In this document: positions 22,555 to 32,457 of the stretch, piece after piece
Layout of the letters: each line of letters opens with the position of its first letter
How positions within the stretch are numbered: position 1 is the first letter of the stretch
Source: Macrostomum lignano
Lineage: Eukaryota
DNA length: 45,913 nucleotides
Reading direction: 5' to 3'
NCBI GenBank assembly: GCA_002269645.1
Contig: NIVC01002963.1
Location: 1 to 45,913 of the forward strand
The notes under the pieces: generated by a model
Told to the model about the DNA's origin: nothing
The model's database searches: none
What the model saw: the letters and a program-made list of their open reading frames with translations, nothing else
Position numbers and translations under genes: made by a program

Positions 22555-22700
22555 CTAGCTAGTGGTTAGAGAGTCGGCCTCACGACTTGAAGGTCGGGGG
22601 TTCGACTCCTGATCCCACTCGGAACAATTTGTGTCCTTGAGCATTAGCTGGGGTATTAAGGGTGGTGCGCACCTCCCAGTCCTTGAACTGAACAGCCAAT
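22555..22700 (+). mobile_element. tRNA-derived SINE, internally deleted copy
   Basis: A-box-like tagctagtggttag, B box ggttcgactcc; colinear with the SINE at 39319 but missing 55 bp of the central domain. Confidence 0.8.
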
Positions 22701-23294
22701 GAACATCAGCCAATTGGGGCAGGTGTAATCGATTGTTATTATGACTGCAAAATGAACAACAATCAAGTTTTCAAAAACTCGTGTGCATGAAATACAATAT
22801 TTTTTTTCTATATTTCAGAGCCCGTTTTTTAACTGCTTCGATATGTCAGTCTGGGTTTTTTGCTCTCTGTGTCTCTGCTTTTACTCTTGTTTAATAATAT
22901 CTATTATTATTATTATGCATGTTATATTGTGTTTACCGCGTGCTAAGAGTTTTATAATGAGTTTAAAACCAGCTTCGAATTTAATATGCCTTCACTGCGC
23001 TAGCGTGAGTTAACATATAAATATTGTATGTTTTCAACAGTGCATAAAATATAAACCAATGTTATAAAAGAAATTTACATGCAAATTTGAACTGGACCGA
23101 GTTTCAAATCATATGAATTGTTATTCTTGTTGGTTGGATTTTTCATTTTGTTTATAAATTGAAATAAGATTTTGTCACTATTTATCTAGGACTTCGAGTG
23201 ATGTGACATTTCAAAATGAAATGAAAACTCCGTTTTTTTATTGACGAAATTAGTTCGGTAAAATTTTTGTAAAATAGCATAAATCAAAGTTAAG

Positions 23295-24185
23295 TAATAG
23301 CATCAGTTCTGAAAAAAGCATCACCTCCCCTGAAGGATAGCATTATTTCCCCCAAAGGAGAGCATCACCTCCTCTGAAGGTTAGCATCACCTCCCCTGAA
23401 GGATAGCATTATTTCCCCCAAAGGAGAGCATCAGCTCCTCTGAAGGTTAGCATCACCTCCCCTGAAGGATAGCATCACCTCCCCTGAAGGATAGCACCCC
23501 TGAAGGATAGCATCACCTCCCCTGAAGGAGAGCATCACCTCCCCTGAAGGAGAGCATCACCTCCCCTGAAGGTTAGCATCACCTCCCCTGAAGGAGAGCA
23601 TCACCTCCTCTGAAGGAGAGCATCACCTCCCTGAAGGTTAGCATCACCTCCCCTGAAGGAGAGCATCACCTCCCCTGAAGGTTAGCATCACCTCCTCTGA
23701 AGGAGAGCATCACCTCCCCTGAAGGTTAGCATCACCTCCTCTGAAGGAGAGCATCACCTCCCCTGAAGGTTAGCATCACCTCCTTCAGGGTAGCATCAGT
23801 TCCCCTGAAGGGTAGCATCAGTTCCCCTTCAGGGTAGCATCAGTTCCCCTTCAGGGTAGCATCAGTTCCCCTGAAGGGTAGCATCAGTTCCCCTGAAGGG
23901 TAGCATCAGTTCCCCTGAAGGGTAGCATCAGTTCCCCTGAAGGGTAGCATCAGTTCCCCTGAAGGGTAGCATCACCTCCCCTGAAGGGTAGCATCAGTTC
24001 CCCTGAAGGGTAGCATCAGTTCCCCTGAAGGGTAGCATCAGTTCCCCTGAAGGGTAGCATCATTTCCCCTGAAGGGTAGCATCAGTTCCCCTTCAGGGTA
24101 GCATCAGTTCCCCTGAAGGGTAGCATCAGTTCCCCTTCAGGGTAGCATCAGTTCCCCTGAAGGGTAGCACCAGTTCCCCTGAAGG
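23295..24185. repeat. 22-bp minisatellite (agcatcacctcccctgaaggat grading to agcatcagttcccctgaagggt), ~40 copies
   Basis: Period 22. Confidence 0.95.
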
Positions 24186-24366
24186 ATACCTTTAGCAGTG
24201 AAGCAGATTAAAGAAATTTAACTGTCTTCTTTCCTCAACTCGAGTCTGCTGCGGCGTAGCTGAGTTGCGTCACTCGCAAAGATTGAGAGACTTTACCTAC
24301 ACTCTCAAAAGTGGCGACCACAGACAGAATCTTTGTGATGGCGACTTTTCGATGTAGCTGAGTATA

Positions 24367-24800
24367 CACTCGGCAACATTGAAAAGTTTCCACCCTAGTG
24401 CGCGAAGGGTCAACGTTTTGTTGGGTGGAGATATTCGTGGTTTGAGCCATAGACAAATATATAATCCGGATTCGAACGAAGCAAAGAAACAAAGTACGCG
24501 AGCATGGGTGACAACTTGCCCAGAACAGGGTCAGTAACGCGTATAGCAGCCTTGCATTGGGCATTTCGTTCGGTTGCGAACGTGGATTTTAGACTCATGT
24601 AAGCTGCTGCGGTCTGCTCCATGTGACTGTTTCCTTCGACCTGTCTGGCGTCTATGACCCAAGTTTTTGTCTATGGCCCCAGTGCGTGTTGGCGAAATCA
24701 TCAATCGTCTATGGCACAAGTCTGGCGACAAAAACCAGTTTTGAAACTCTAAATATACACGGCTGGCGCGAGGGTGGAAACTTTTCAATGTTGCTGAGTG
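24367..24800. mobile_element. MITE (434 bp), Tc1/mariner-like by its TA target
   Basis: 30-bp TIRs cactcggcaacattgaaaagtttccaccct (24367-24396) and agggtggaaacttttcaatgttgctgagtg (24771-24800), 1 mismatch, flanked by tata on both sides. Confidence 0.82.
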
Positions 24801-25438
24801 TATATTTATCTCACCGCAGAAACTAAGAATGTCCGTCAAGCTCATCCTGACTCTCCTGTTTCTGGCACTTATAGCGTGCAACCTCGACTGAAAGGAATTT
24901 AACAATATTTACCGCTAACGCGGCTCAATTTTCGTCTATACATTGAAGATTAGTTACTACACGTAGTTGATTAAAAAAAATCAACCATTCTTTTGTTGGC
25001 TCCCGCTGATTGCAAGTAATTAAACTGATTTTCACACCCTGTTTGTTTTTCTCGTCCTTCAAAACTGCAGCCACCCCTCTCCACCGCGTTCCACGCGACG
25101 CAGCGTAAAACTAAATTGATTCTCTCTCTTCCCTCTCTCTAATTGGCTGTCCCAACTCCCGTCTAGAGTTTGCTTTGTTTAGTTCAAAGTACACTGTAGC
25201 CCTGTACATGGAGGGCGGCTGGCCATGTACGCGCCTGATAAATTTCGTCTCTCCGACAGGCGTTGATTGGCTGGACAGAACTAAGTTGCTATTTATTACA
25301 AAAAATGTACATTTTTTTCTGACTGCTAAGTCGCATACATAACGAAGCTACTGATAACAATTCATAATATAAGACGTGAAGCAATTAGTGGTGAAGTTGC
25401 TAAACCATCTGTGCGTAAAATTAATTAATTAATCAATC

Positions 25439-25862
25439 ATGCCAAAACGAAAACAACAACGCAAGCAGCCAGCGGCAGCATCGCAGGGTGCCAATAATCA
25501 AAGCGAAAACAGACAAACCAATCAACAGGAATCTGAACCTAACACTAACATTGACCGTGATACCAGTTGCACGGGGTCAGCGGCCCCCGGTGATACCAGT
25601 TGCACTGCAGGCAACACCAGCTATACTACTAGTACATGTGATGACAATAGTAGAAGCAGGAGCGGCAGCAGTAGTACAGGTGGAAACACTGCCAGTTGTA
25701 GTAGCAGCGGAAGCAGTAGCAGCAGCAGCTGCAGTCAAGGAGACGACAATGATTCTAATTTGAATAAAAGCGAAAGCGACCAAACACCGGGTATTAATGG
25801 CCGATGCGAAGAGCCTGTTGCTGCATCTGGTGTCTTCAGCTGCACTGAGATTGTAGTTACTG
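25439..25862 (+). CDS. Putative first exon (Ser/Thr/Gln-rich, low complexity), possibly of the RING-CH gene
   Basis: ATG-initiated ORF 25439..25897 with a strong g/gtgagt donor at 25863; its link to downstream exons is unresolved. Confidence 0.5.
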
Positions 25863-25999
25863 GTGAGTACATGTATTTCTGCGCCTGCATCATCTAATTA
25901 TCCATAAGCTATAGTATAGGACCATCTTTTAACAAACTATCTTTTATATATATACTTTACACTTTACAGCTCGTATTACGTAGACTAGATTTTACCATA

Positions 26000-26270
26000 G
26001 ACTCTTTTATACACGGGCTTTAATACGTAGGGCTTTTACCATAGACTGTCTTTTATCCAAGGGCTTCAATATGTAGGGCTTTTACCATAGACTGTCTTTT
26101 ATCCAAGGGCTTCAATATGTAGGGCTTTTACCATAGACTGTCTTTTATCCAAGGGCTTCAATATGTAGGGCTTTTACCATAGACTGTCTTTTATCCATGG
26201 GCTTCACTATGTAGGGCTTTTACCATAGACTATCTTTTATAAATGGGCTTTAATGCGTAGAGTTTTATCA
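26000..26270. repeat. 46-bp minisatellite (gggcttttaccatagactgtcttttatccaagggcttcaatatgta), ~6 copies
   Basis: Period 46, built from two related 23-bp halves. Confidence 0.9.
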
Positions 26271-26440
26271 TAGACTATAATTTACAGAGGCTGCAACTGT
26301 CAAGCCTCTAAGACAATACGATTATAGTGTTAAATTTCTAAGGGCAGTTACAAGCAGTCTACAAAATTATATGGAACACAACTTTGACGTTTTTGTAATT
26401 GACACAATCTACTTGAGCTCTTCTTGATGCCATCCTCTAG

Positions 26441-26782
26441 AAGTTGCCGATCCTTGCATCGCAGCAGCAGGCCACCGGCGCCTAGCGCCGACATAGACTG
26501 TCGACGCCACCACTTTCGAAGACGCCCAAGAGAGCAGCAACCGCTGGCCGAGCAGCAGTCGAGACGACACCAGCAGCGGTTGCACCTCCGGCCAGCAGGA
26601 TCAGCTGCTGCCGGGCAGCGAAAGATTTCCGCGGTAGTGTCCACCGCTGACGAAAACTCCGGATTGACAACCGAGCCAGATGACACGGCCGCTGCTACCG
26701 CCGGTGCCGCGGCAGGCGAGCATCCAGCTGCTAGAACTAGCAGCGACTGTCAAGAGATGATGATGCCGACCTCTGGTCCTCG
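26441..26782 (+). CDS. Putative internal exon (low complexity) of the RING-CH gene
   Basis: GC-rich part of ORF 26424..26807; a phase-2 donor cg/gtgcac at 26783 matches the phase-2 acceptor at 27367; acceptor is 26440 or 26496. Confidence 0.4.
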
Positions 26783-26844
26783 GTGCACCCAGATGCTGGA
26801 GCCCTGATCGCTGGCGCCTGCTGTGCGGCTGCCTGCTGGTGCTG

Positions 26845-27287
26845 GCGTCTGGTGCTGGCGCCTCTGGTGCTGGCGCCTCTGGTGCTGGCGCCTCTGGTGC
26901 TGGCGCCTCTGGTGCTGGCGCCTCTGGTGCTGGCGCCTCTGGTGCTGGCGCCTCTGGTGCTGGCGCCTCTGGTGCTGGCGCCTCTGGTGCTGGCGCCTCT
27001 GGTGCTGGCGCCTCTGGTGCTGGCGCCTCTGGTGCTGGCGCCTCTGGTGCTGGCGCCTCTGGTGCTGGCGCCTCTGGTGCTGGCGCCTCTGGTGCTGGCG
27101 CCTCTGGTGCTGGCGCCTCTGGTGCTGGCGCCTCTGGTGCTGGCGCCTCTGGTGCTGGCGCCTCTGGTGCTGGCGCCTCTGGTGCTGGCGCCTCTGGTGC
27201 TGGCGCCTCTGGTGCTGGCGCCTCTGGTGCTGGCGCCTCTGGTGCTGGCGCCTCTGGTGCTGGCGCCTCTGGTGCTGGCGCCTCTGG
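26845..27287. repeat. 15-bp minisatellite (ctggtgctggcgcct), ~29 essentially perfect copies
   Basis: Direct observation. Confidence 0.97.
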
Positions 27288-27367
27288 AAAGATAGGAAAA
27301 AAGTCAAACTGCAATCCACTGATAATCCAAACTGGCCTCTTATCACATAATTCCTTCCATTTCAAAG

Positions 27368-28163
27368 TCAAGAAGAACCCGCCGAAGCAGAACAGCCCGC
27401 GACACGGCAGGACGGCATTCTGCAGCCGGCGCATACGCAGCAGCCGAGGCACCGCTCGTCGCCGCCTCGAGGCGTCTACGGCGGCCCCGGCACCGCTTTC
27501 CCCGCCACGCTGCTCCGTCGCCGTCTCGCCGCTTTCCCGGTCGTCCTACCAGACGACGGCGCCATTGATCCGGGCGACACCGAGACGGCAAACAAGCTGG
27601 CCGACCGCCTGGCCGTCTGGGAGTCCGCCGATGCCGATGGTCGATGCGGAGTCTGCCAGCGACCAGCCGACCGGTCTAATTCGGGCGGGTTTCTCGGCTA
27701 TCCCGTGTGCGACTGCGCGCATCTGCACGCGCGCTGCGCCCTGGTCGGCGCCCTGCTGGAAGCGCCGGATCCACCGCGCTGCCTCGGCTGCGGCTGCCGT
27801 CAGCAGCTTCACCGAGTCGGCCGAGTCAAGCCGCTTCTCACCGCGGCCTGTCGTCGAAGCAACCGCAGCAACTGCGATCAGGGCGCGGCTGCTACCAGCG
27901 GGCCGCTTGGCGAAGCTTGGTTTGTCGTCTCCATGGCAACCGGACTGTCAACTTCGGCCGTGCTGTTAGCGGTGGCGGCGGCGCTTCTCCTGACGCTGGC
28001 GGAGCCGCTGACCCGGGGCCTCCTGGCTGGTGCCAGCCTGCCGCTGCTCGGCTGCCTGTTCGGCCTCCTGGCTGCCGCCATCCTGGCCTGCGTCCTGATT
28101 GGCTGGTTTCTCGACCGGCACACCGCTGCCGTGTGGGAGCAGGTGTACAGCAGCCGGCTGCAG
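27368..28163 (+). CDS. Divergent RING-CH (MARCH-like) zinc finger plus two hydrophobic transmembrane segments, main exon
   Basis: Open frame ...DGRCGVCQRPADRSNSGGFLGYPVCDCAHLHARCALVGALLEAPDPPRCLGC...KPL..., then SAVLLAVAAALLLTL and LPLLGCLFGLLAAAILACVLIGWFL; acceptor ttccatttcaaag, donor cag/gtgaga. Confidence 0.68.
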
Positions 28164-28384
28164 GTGAGAGCGGTTAATTTTGAGGCTCTGGGCGCGTGTG
28201 GTTTAAAATACTTGCAAGTTGGCTGCCGTTTTATTTGCGATGCTGATACAGTGGAGTGAAGCTACGGTACTAACCGCAGCCAATTCTGCTTAACTTCCAC
28301 CGAATGCATTAGCCCAGTTGTCCAGCAAATTTTTGTCGTGTTGGCCTTGGCCTTCAGCCTTTTTAGACTGAAATAATTAACGGC

Positions 28385-28500
28385 TGTGGACTTTTACGGA
28401 TGTGAACTTTTACAGATTTGGACTTTTACAAATGTGAACTTTTACACATATGGACTTTTATAGATGTGAACTTTTACAGATGTGGACTTTTACATTGGGA
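28385..28500. repeat. Short ~16-bp tandem repeat (tggacttttacagatg)
   Basis: Direct observation. Confidence 0.8.
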
Positions 28501-28682
28501 TTTAATTACATATCGACTTTTACTTTTAGATTTTGCAAGATATTTAGTGCGTAATCATGCAATATATCGTACGGTTTTTCATTGCAAAATATGGTTCTGA
28601 GCTTCTGTCTATGGTCAAAGCCGACGCTAACCTGATGAAAGGACACTCACGGTACCCTGGCTCCGTCTCTCACATTTCTCAG

Positions 28683-28856
28683 ATTGGCTACAAGGCCGAT
28701 CGCCTCAAGGATCCGGCCGACCGCGTCCTGGCGGCCTCGCTGATGGCGTGCACCTTCTTGGATTATCACACAGCCGGCTATCCGTTTCCTAAACGGGGCA
28801 GCGCTTACGTTAATTATTACTGCTTGAAGCAACCCGCGACTGCCTGCGCCGTGTGA
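28683..28856 (+). CDS. Probable last exon of the RING-CH gene (IGYKADRLKDPADRVLAASLMACTFLDYH...ACAV*)
   Basis: Strong acceptor ctctcacatttctcag in phase 0, GC3-rich codons, stop at 28854-28856. Confidence 0.58.
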   Translation: MGYKADRLKDPADRVLAASLMACTFLDYHTAGYPFPKRGSAYVNYYCLKQPATACAV

Positions 28857-28999
28857 GCTATAGCCAAAGCGCCCAGCATCATAAACTGTGAACAGAATAC
28901 TTTCTCTCATAAAATTAACTGCAAACAACCGTTAATCATTCATTAGTGATACACAAATGATTATCCTATGATTATCTCCTCCCGATAGTCTCTAATCGA

Positions 29000-29520
29000 T
29001 ACTCCCTTACCGATAATCCCTTACCGATAATCCCTTACCGATAATCCCTTACCGATAATCCCTTACCGATAACCCCTTATCGATAATCCCTTACCGATAA
29101 TCCCTTACCGATAATCCCTTACCGATAATCCCTTACCGATAATCCCTTATCGATAATCCCTTACCGATAATCCCTTACCGATAATTCCTTACCAATAATC
29201 CCTTACCGATGATCCCTTACCGATAATCCCTTATCGATAACCCGTTACCGATAATCCCTTATCGATAATCCCTTATCGATAATCCCTTACCAATAATCCA
29301 TTATCGATAACCCCTTACCAATAATCCCTTACCGATAATCCCTTACCGATAATCCCTTATCGATAATCCCTTATCGATAATATCTTATCGATAATCCCTT
29401 ATCGACAATCCCTTACCGATAATCCCTTACCGATATTACCTTACCGATAATCCCTTACCGATACTACCTTACCAATAATCCTTTATCGGTAATCTTTCAC
29501 CGTAAATCCCTCGCTGATAA
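29000..29520. repeat. 14-bp minisatellite (ccgataatccctta)
   Basis: Period 14. Confidence 0.95.
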
Positions 29521-30029
29521 TAGCATACCGATGATCACTCTCCGATAATCTCATATAAAGTCCGTCTTCGATAATTCCTTACCCATAAATACCTCGATCG
29601 TAGTTCCAACGAGAATCACTCTCCAATAGATCGTTTTCGACTATCGCTATGCTATAATATATCCGCAGTAAATTCTATGTTTTTTAATCCTGGCTACGAA
29701 GAAATATTTATTGAAATTTGAAAACATAAAACATATCAGCCTTGTCTAATAGTCTTTGTTTTCGATAATAATTTCAATCGTTATTCGTTAATAAAACTTC
29801 TTTTGTAAAAAACTCATTTTTCGATCTATTCTTCGAGTCTCTTTGTTTAATTGAGTTTTTTAAATCACTAAATAAGTCAAGCAAGACGGTCAGTTGCCGT
29901 TTATAATTTGTAATTATAAATTAATTATTATGCTTACTTATTACTTATTTTATTAACCCAGCTAGTCAAGTCTTTCCAAGCCAAAGGGAATTTAATTTAA
30001 TAAAAGCGATGGAATATTTAACCAATCAA

Positions 30030-30581
30030 TCAACTTTCATACTCGATGACAAAGTCGAATTGATCTCCCGAAACATCTTCCGCTGAGCTGTCGAACAGGT
30101 GAACATCGTCAAGCACCTCGCGGATAACAACGCGCAGCAGGTGCTGCTCATCTTGATCCCGTTCGGACAGCTGCAGCTCCATCAGCTCCAGGTAGATTTC
30201 CTTCGAACGCTCCGTCTGAATTCTGGATCTCACTGCCTCCCCGCTCGTATCGTTGGAGAGTTCAAAGAGCGCGGCAAAGATCAAAGAATCTCGACTATCG
30301 TTTGATGTTGCCGCCAGCCTCTTACGGGGAAGCCGAACTGCGAGGCGGTCGGCGGTTCGAATCACGCTGGCCGCTTGCCATATGTGCCAGACACTGACGC
30401 TGCCGCGACCAGGAGGTAAACCGAATTCGAACCAGGTCGCATTGTTACCATGGAAACAGCGGCGCTGGACTTCGGCAAGGCGGCCTCCGTGCTTGTCCAT
30501 GAGGTTGGCTAGGAATTGAGCGCAGTTTGAGAAGACAATGCAGGCGTATCGATTTCTACTGCAGCTGTTATTGGCTTGCAT
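30030..30581 (-). CDS. Hypothetical protein, 183 aa, no recognised family
   Basis: GC-rich non-repetitive ORF with a helical acidic C-terminus; a candidate 5'UTR intron at ~30767-30882; start uncertain. Confidence 0.5.
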   Translation of the reverse strand: MQANNSCSRNRYACIVFSNCAQFLANLMDKHGGRLAEVQRRCFHGNNATWFEFGLPPGRGSVSVWHIWQAASVIRTADRLAVRLPRKRLAATSNDSRDSLIFAALFELSNDTSGEAVRSRIQTERSKEIYLELMELQLSERDQDEQHLLRVVIREVLDDVHLFDSSAEDVSGDQFDFVIEYES

Positions 30582-31004
30582 TCAAATTTGCAGGAAGCTG
30601 AGATAATTTCGCTTTCGGAATCCCCTGTCGGCTTCTCCCCATGATCCTCCGCTGGTGTCAGTCGCGGAGGCGAGTCCATGCGGTCGTTTGGTTTGCAGAT
30701 TTGGTTGGCTTTGGTAACACCCGGGGACATGGAAGCGACAATTTTCGACAAACTTAGTTTCAAAGCTGAATAAAGCTATCACAACCCGATATTAGTGTCA
30801 TAGAAATAGAAGTACAAGCTCATTATTTATTTTTCGGCTCCATTTTTGAGACAATTGTCCCTTCCATGTGTCCGGTTGTTACCTGCAAGCGAGTAGGAAG
30901 TAACTGTAAGCGAGAAGTTTCGCCTAAAACCCTGTAACTTAACAGTTGTGTATAGTAGGACATATGCAATCTTTCGCTCAGAAAATTTCGTTCAGAAAAC
31001 TAAC

Positions 31005-31750
31005 CAGGCGCGGAGAGGCCAGAGGCGCGGAGAGGCCAGAGGCGCGGTGAGGCCAGAGGCGCGGAGAGGCCAGAGGCGCGGTGAGGCCAGAGGCGCGGTG
31101 AGGCCAGAGGCGCGGAGAGGCCAGAGGCGCGGTGAGGCCAGAGGCACGGTGAGGCCAGAGGCGCGGAGAGGCCAGAGGCGCGGAGAGGCCAGAGGCACGG
31201 TGAGGCCAGAGGCGCGGTGAGGCCAGAGGCGCGGTGAGGCCAGAGGCGCGGAGAGGCCAGAGGCGCGGAGAGGCCAGAGGCACGGTGAGGCCAGAGGCGC
31301 GGTGAGGCCAGAGGCGCGGTGAGGCCAGAGGCGCGGAGAGGCCAGAGGCGCGGTGAGGCCAGAGACGCAGAGAGGCCAGAGGCGCGGTGAGGCCAGAGGC
31401 GTGAGACGTGAAGCGGCCAGAGGCGCGGAGAGGCCAGAGGCGTGAGGCGTGAAGCGGCCAGAGGCGCGGAGAGGCCAGAGGCGCGGTGAGGCCAGAGGCG
31501 CGGTGAGGCCAGAGGCGCGGAGAGGCCAGAGGCGTGAGGCGTGAAGCTGCCAGAGGCGCGGAGAGGCCAGAGGCGCGGAGAGGCCAGAGGCGTGAGGCGT
31601 GAAGCTGCCAGAGGCGCGGAGAGGCCAGAGGCGCGGTGAGGCCAGAGGCGCGGCGCCAGAGGCGTGAGGCGTGAAGCTGCCAGAGGCGCGGAGAGGCCAG
31701 AGGCGTGAGGCGTGAAGCGGCCAGAGGCGCGGAGAGGCGCGGAGGCCAGG
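31005..31750. repeat. 17-bp GC-rich minisatellite (gaggccagaggcgcgga/gt)
   Basis: Tandem repetition; source of the ASPRLW pseudo-ORFs. Confidence 0.95.
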
Positions 31751-31972
31751 GGCGCGGAGGGACCATGGACCAGAGGGCTGGGAGCTGGTGCAAGTAGCTA
31801 GCCTACTGTACATGTCTACTGTACATCTGTTAAGTTATACAGGGCTATAAGCGAAACAATATACCCAGCTCTGCAGCATCTGGGAATTTCTCAACGCAAC
31901 TCAGGACATCAAACACAGATTTGCATTGAAATTTCCAAGATCATGCAGCGGCTGTAGTTTGTTTTCGCTACC

Positions 31973-31986
31973 GTTGCCACAGCAAC
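31973..31986. promoter_or_regulatory. Candidate RFX X-box (GTTGCCACAGCAAC)
   Basis: Matches GTNRCC-N(0-3)-RGYAAC; unique non-coding position upstream of the 30030-30581 gene. Confidence 0.3.
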
Positions 31987-32457
31987 CAAATCTGCAAAGA
32001 TTAGCTACCAGTAGTAGTAGTTAACATTAGTCAGTAGGTAAGCATAACAATACAGCCTATGTTAATGGTACCCCTACTACGGTAGTTGCAGGTAGAACGT
32101 CGTTTAGTATAGTTTCTCTTCTCTTTGCAGATTAACTTTGAAAAACTTGAGGAACAAATTAATTAATTCTTTTTTTTCGGTCGACGATGCGCAGGCACAA
32201 AGTTTTGTACAGATTGGAGCAAAGCGTGTCGGTAGCTTCACTCCATGCCAAGGGAAGACTAGAACATCTTGTTGTGGTAGAGAACATCTCTTTTAGCGTA
32301 GTTGCAGATGTTGTAGTAGTCCCTTCTCACTGTAGGAGAGTCAAATTGTATCATGGTAGCGTGTAGTCAAAGGCAAAGCAATGTCAGTTTCTGACAAATC
32401 TTTTCGGCTGAACTGTCTGTTCTGTAGTCTCGTCGGCAGAAGAACATTGCCGGAATC

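Noticed and set aside
26839-27350. (GASGA)n elastomer-like or (EAPAP)n protein
   Set aside because: It is a 15-bp array best placed in an intron; the RING-CH frame has a stop at 27348 just before the acceptor.
28700-28745. PIN/VapC-like motif DPADRVLAA
   Set aside because: A short isolated resemblance with none of the other PIN acidic residues or fold context.
30509-30600. Programmed -1 frameshift joining the two overlapping ORFs
   Set aside because: No canonical X XXY YYZ slippery site in the overlap, and a TGA directly precedes the downstream ATG in frame.
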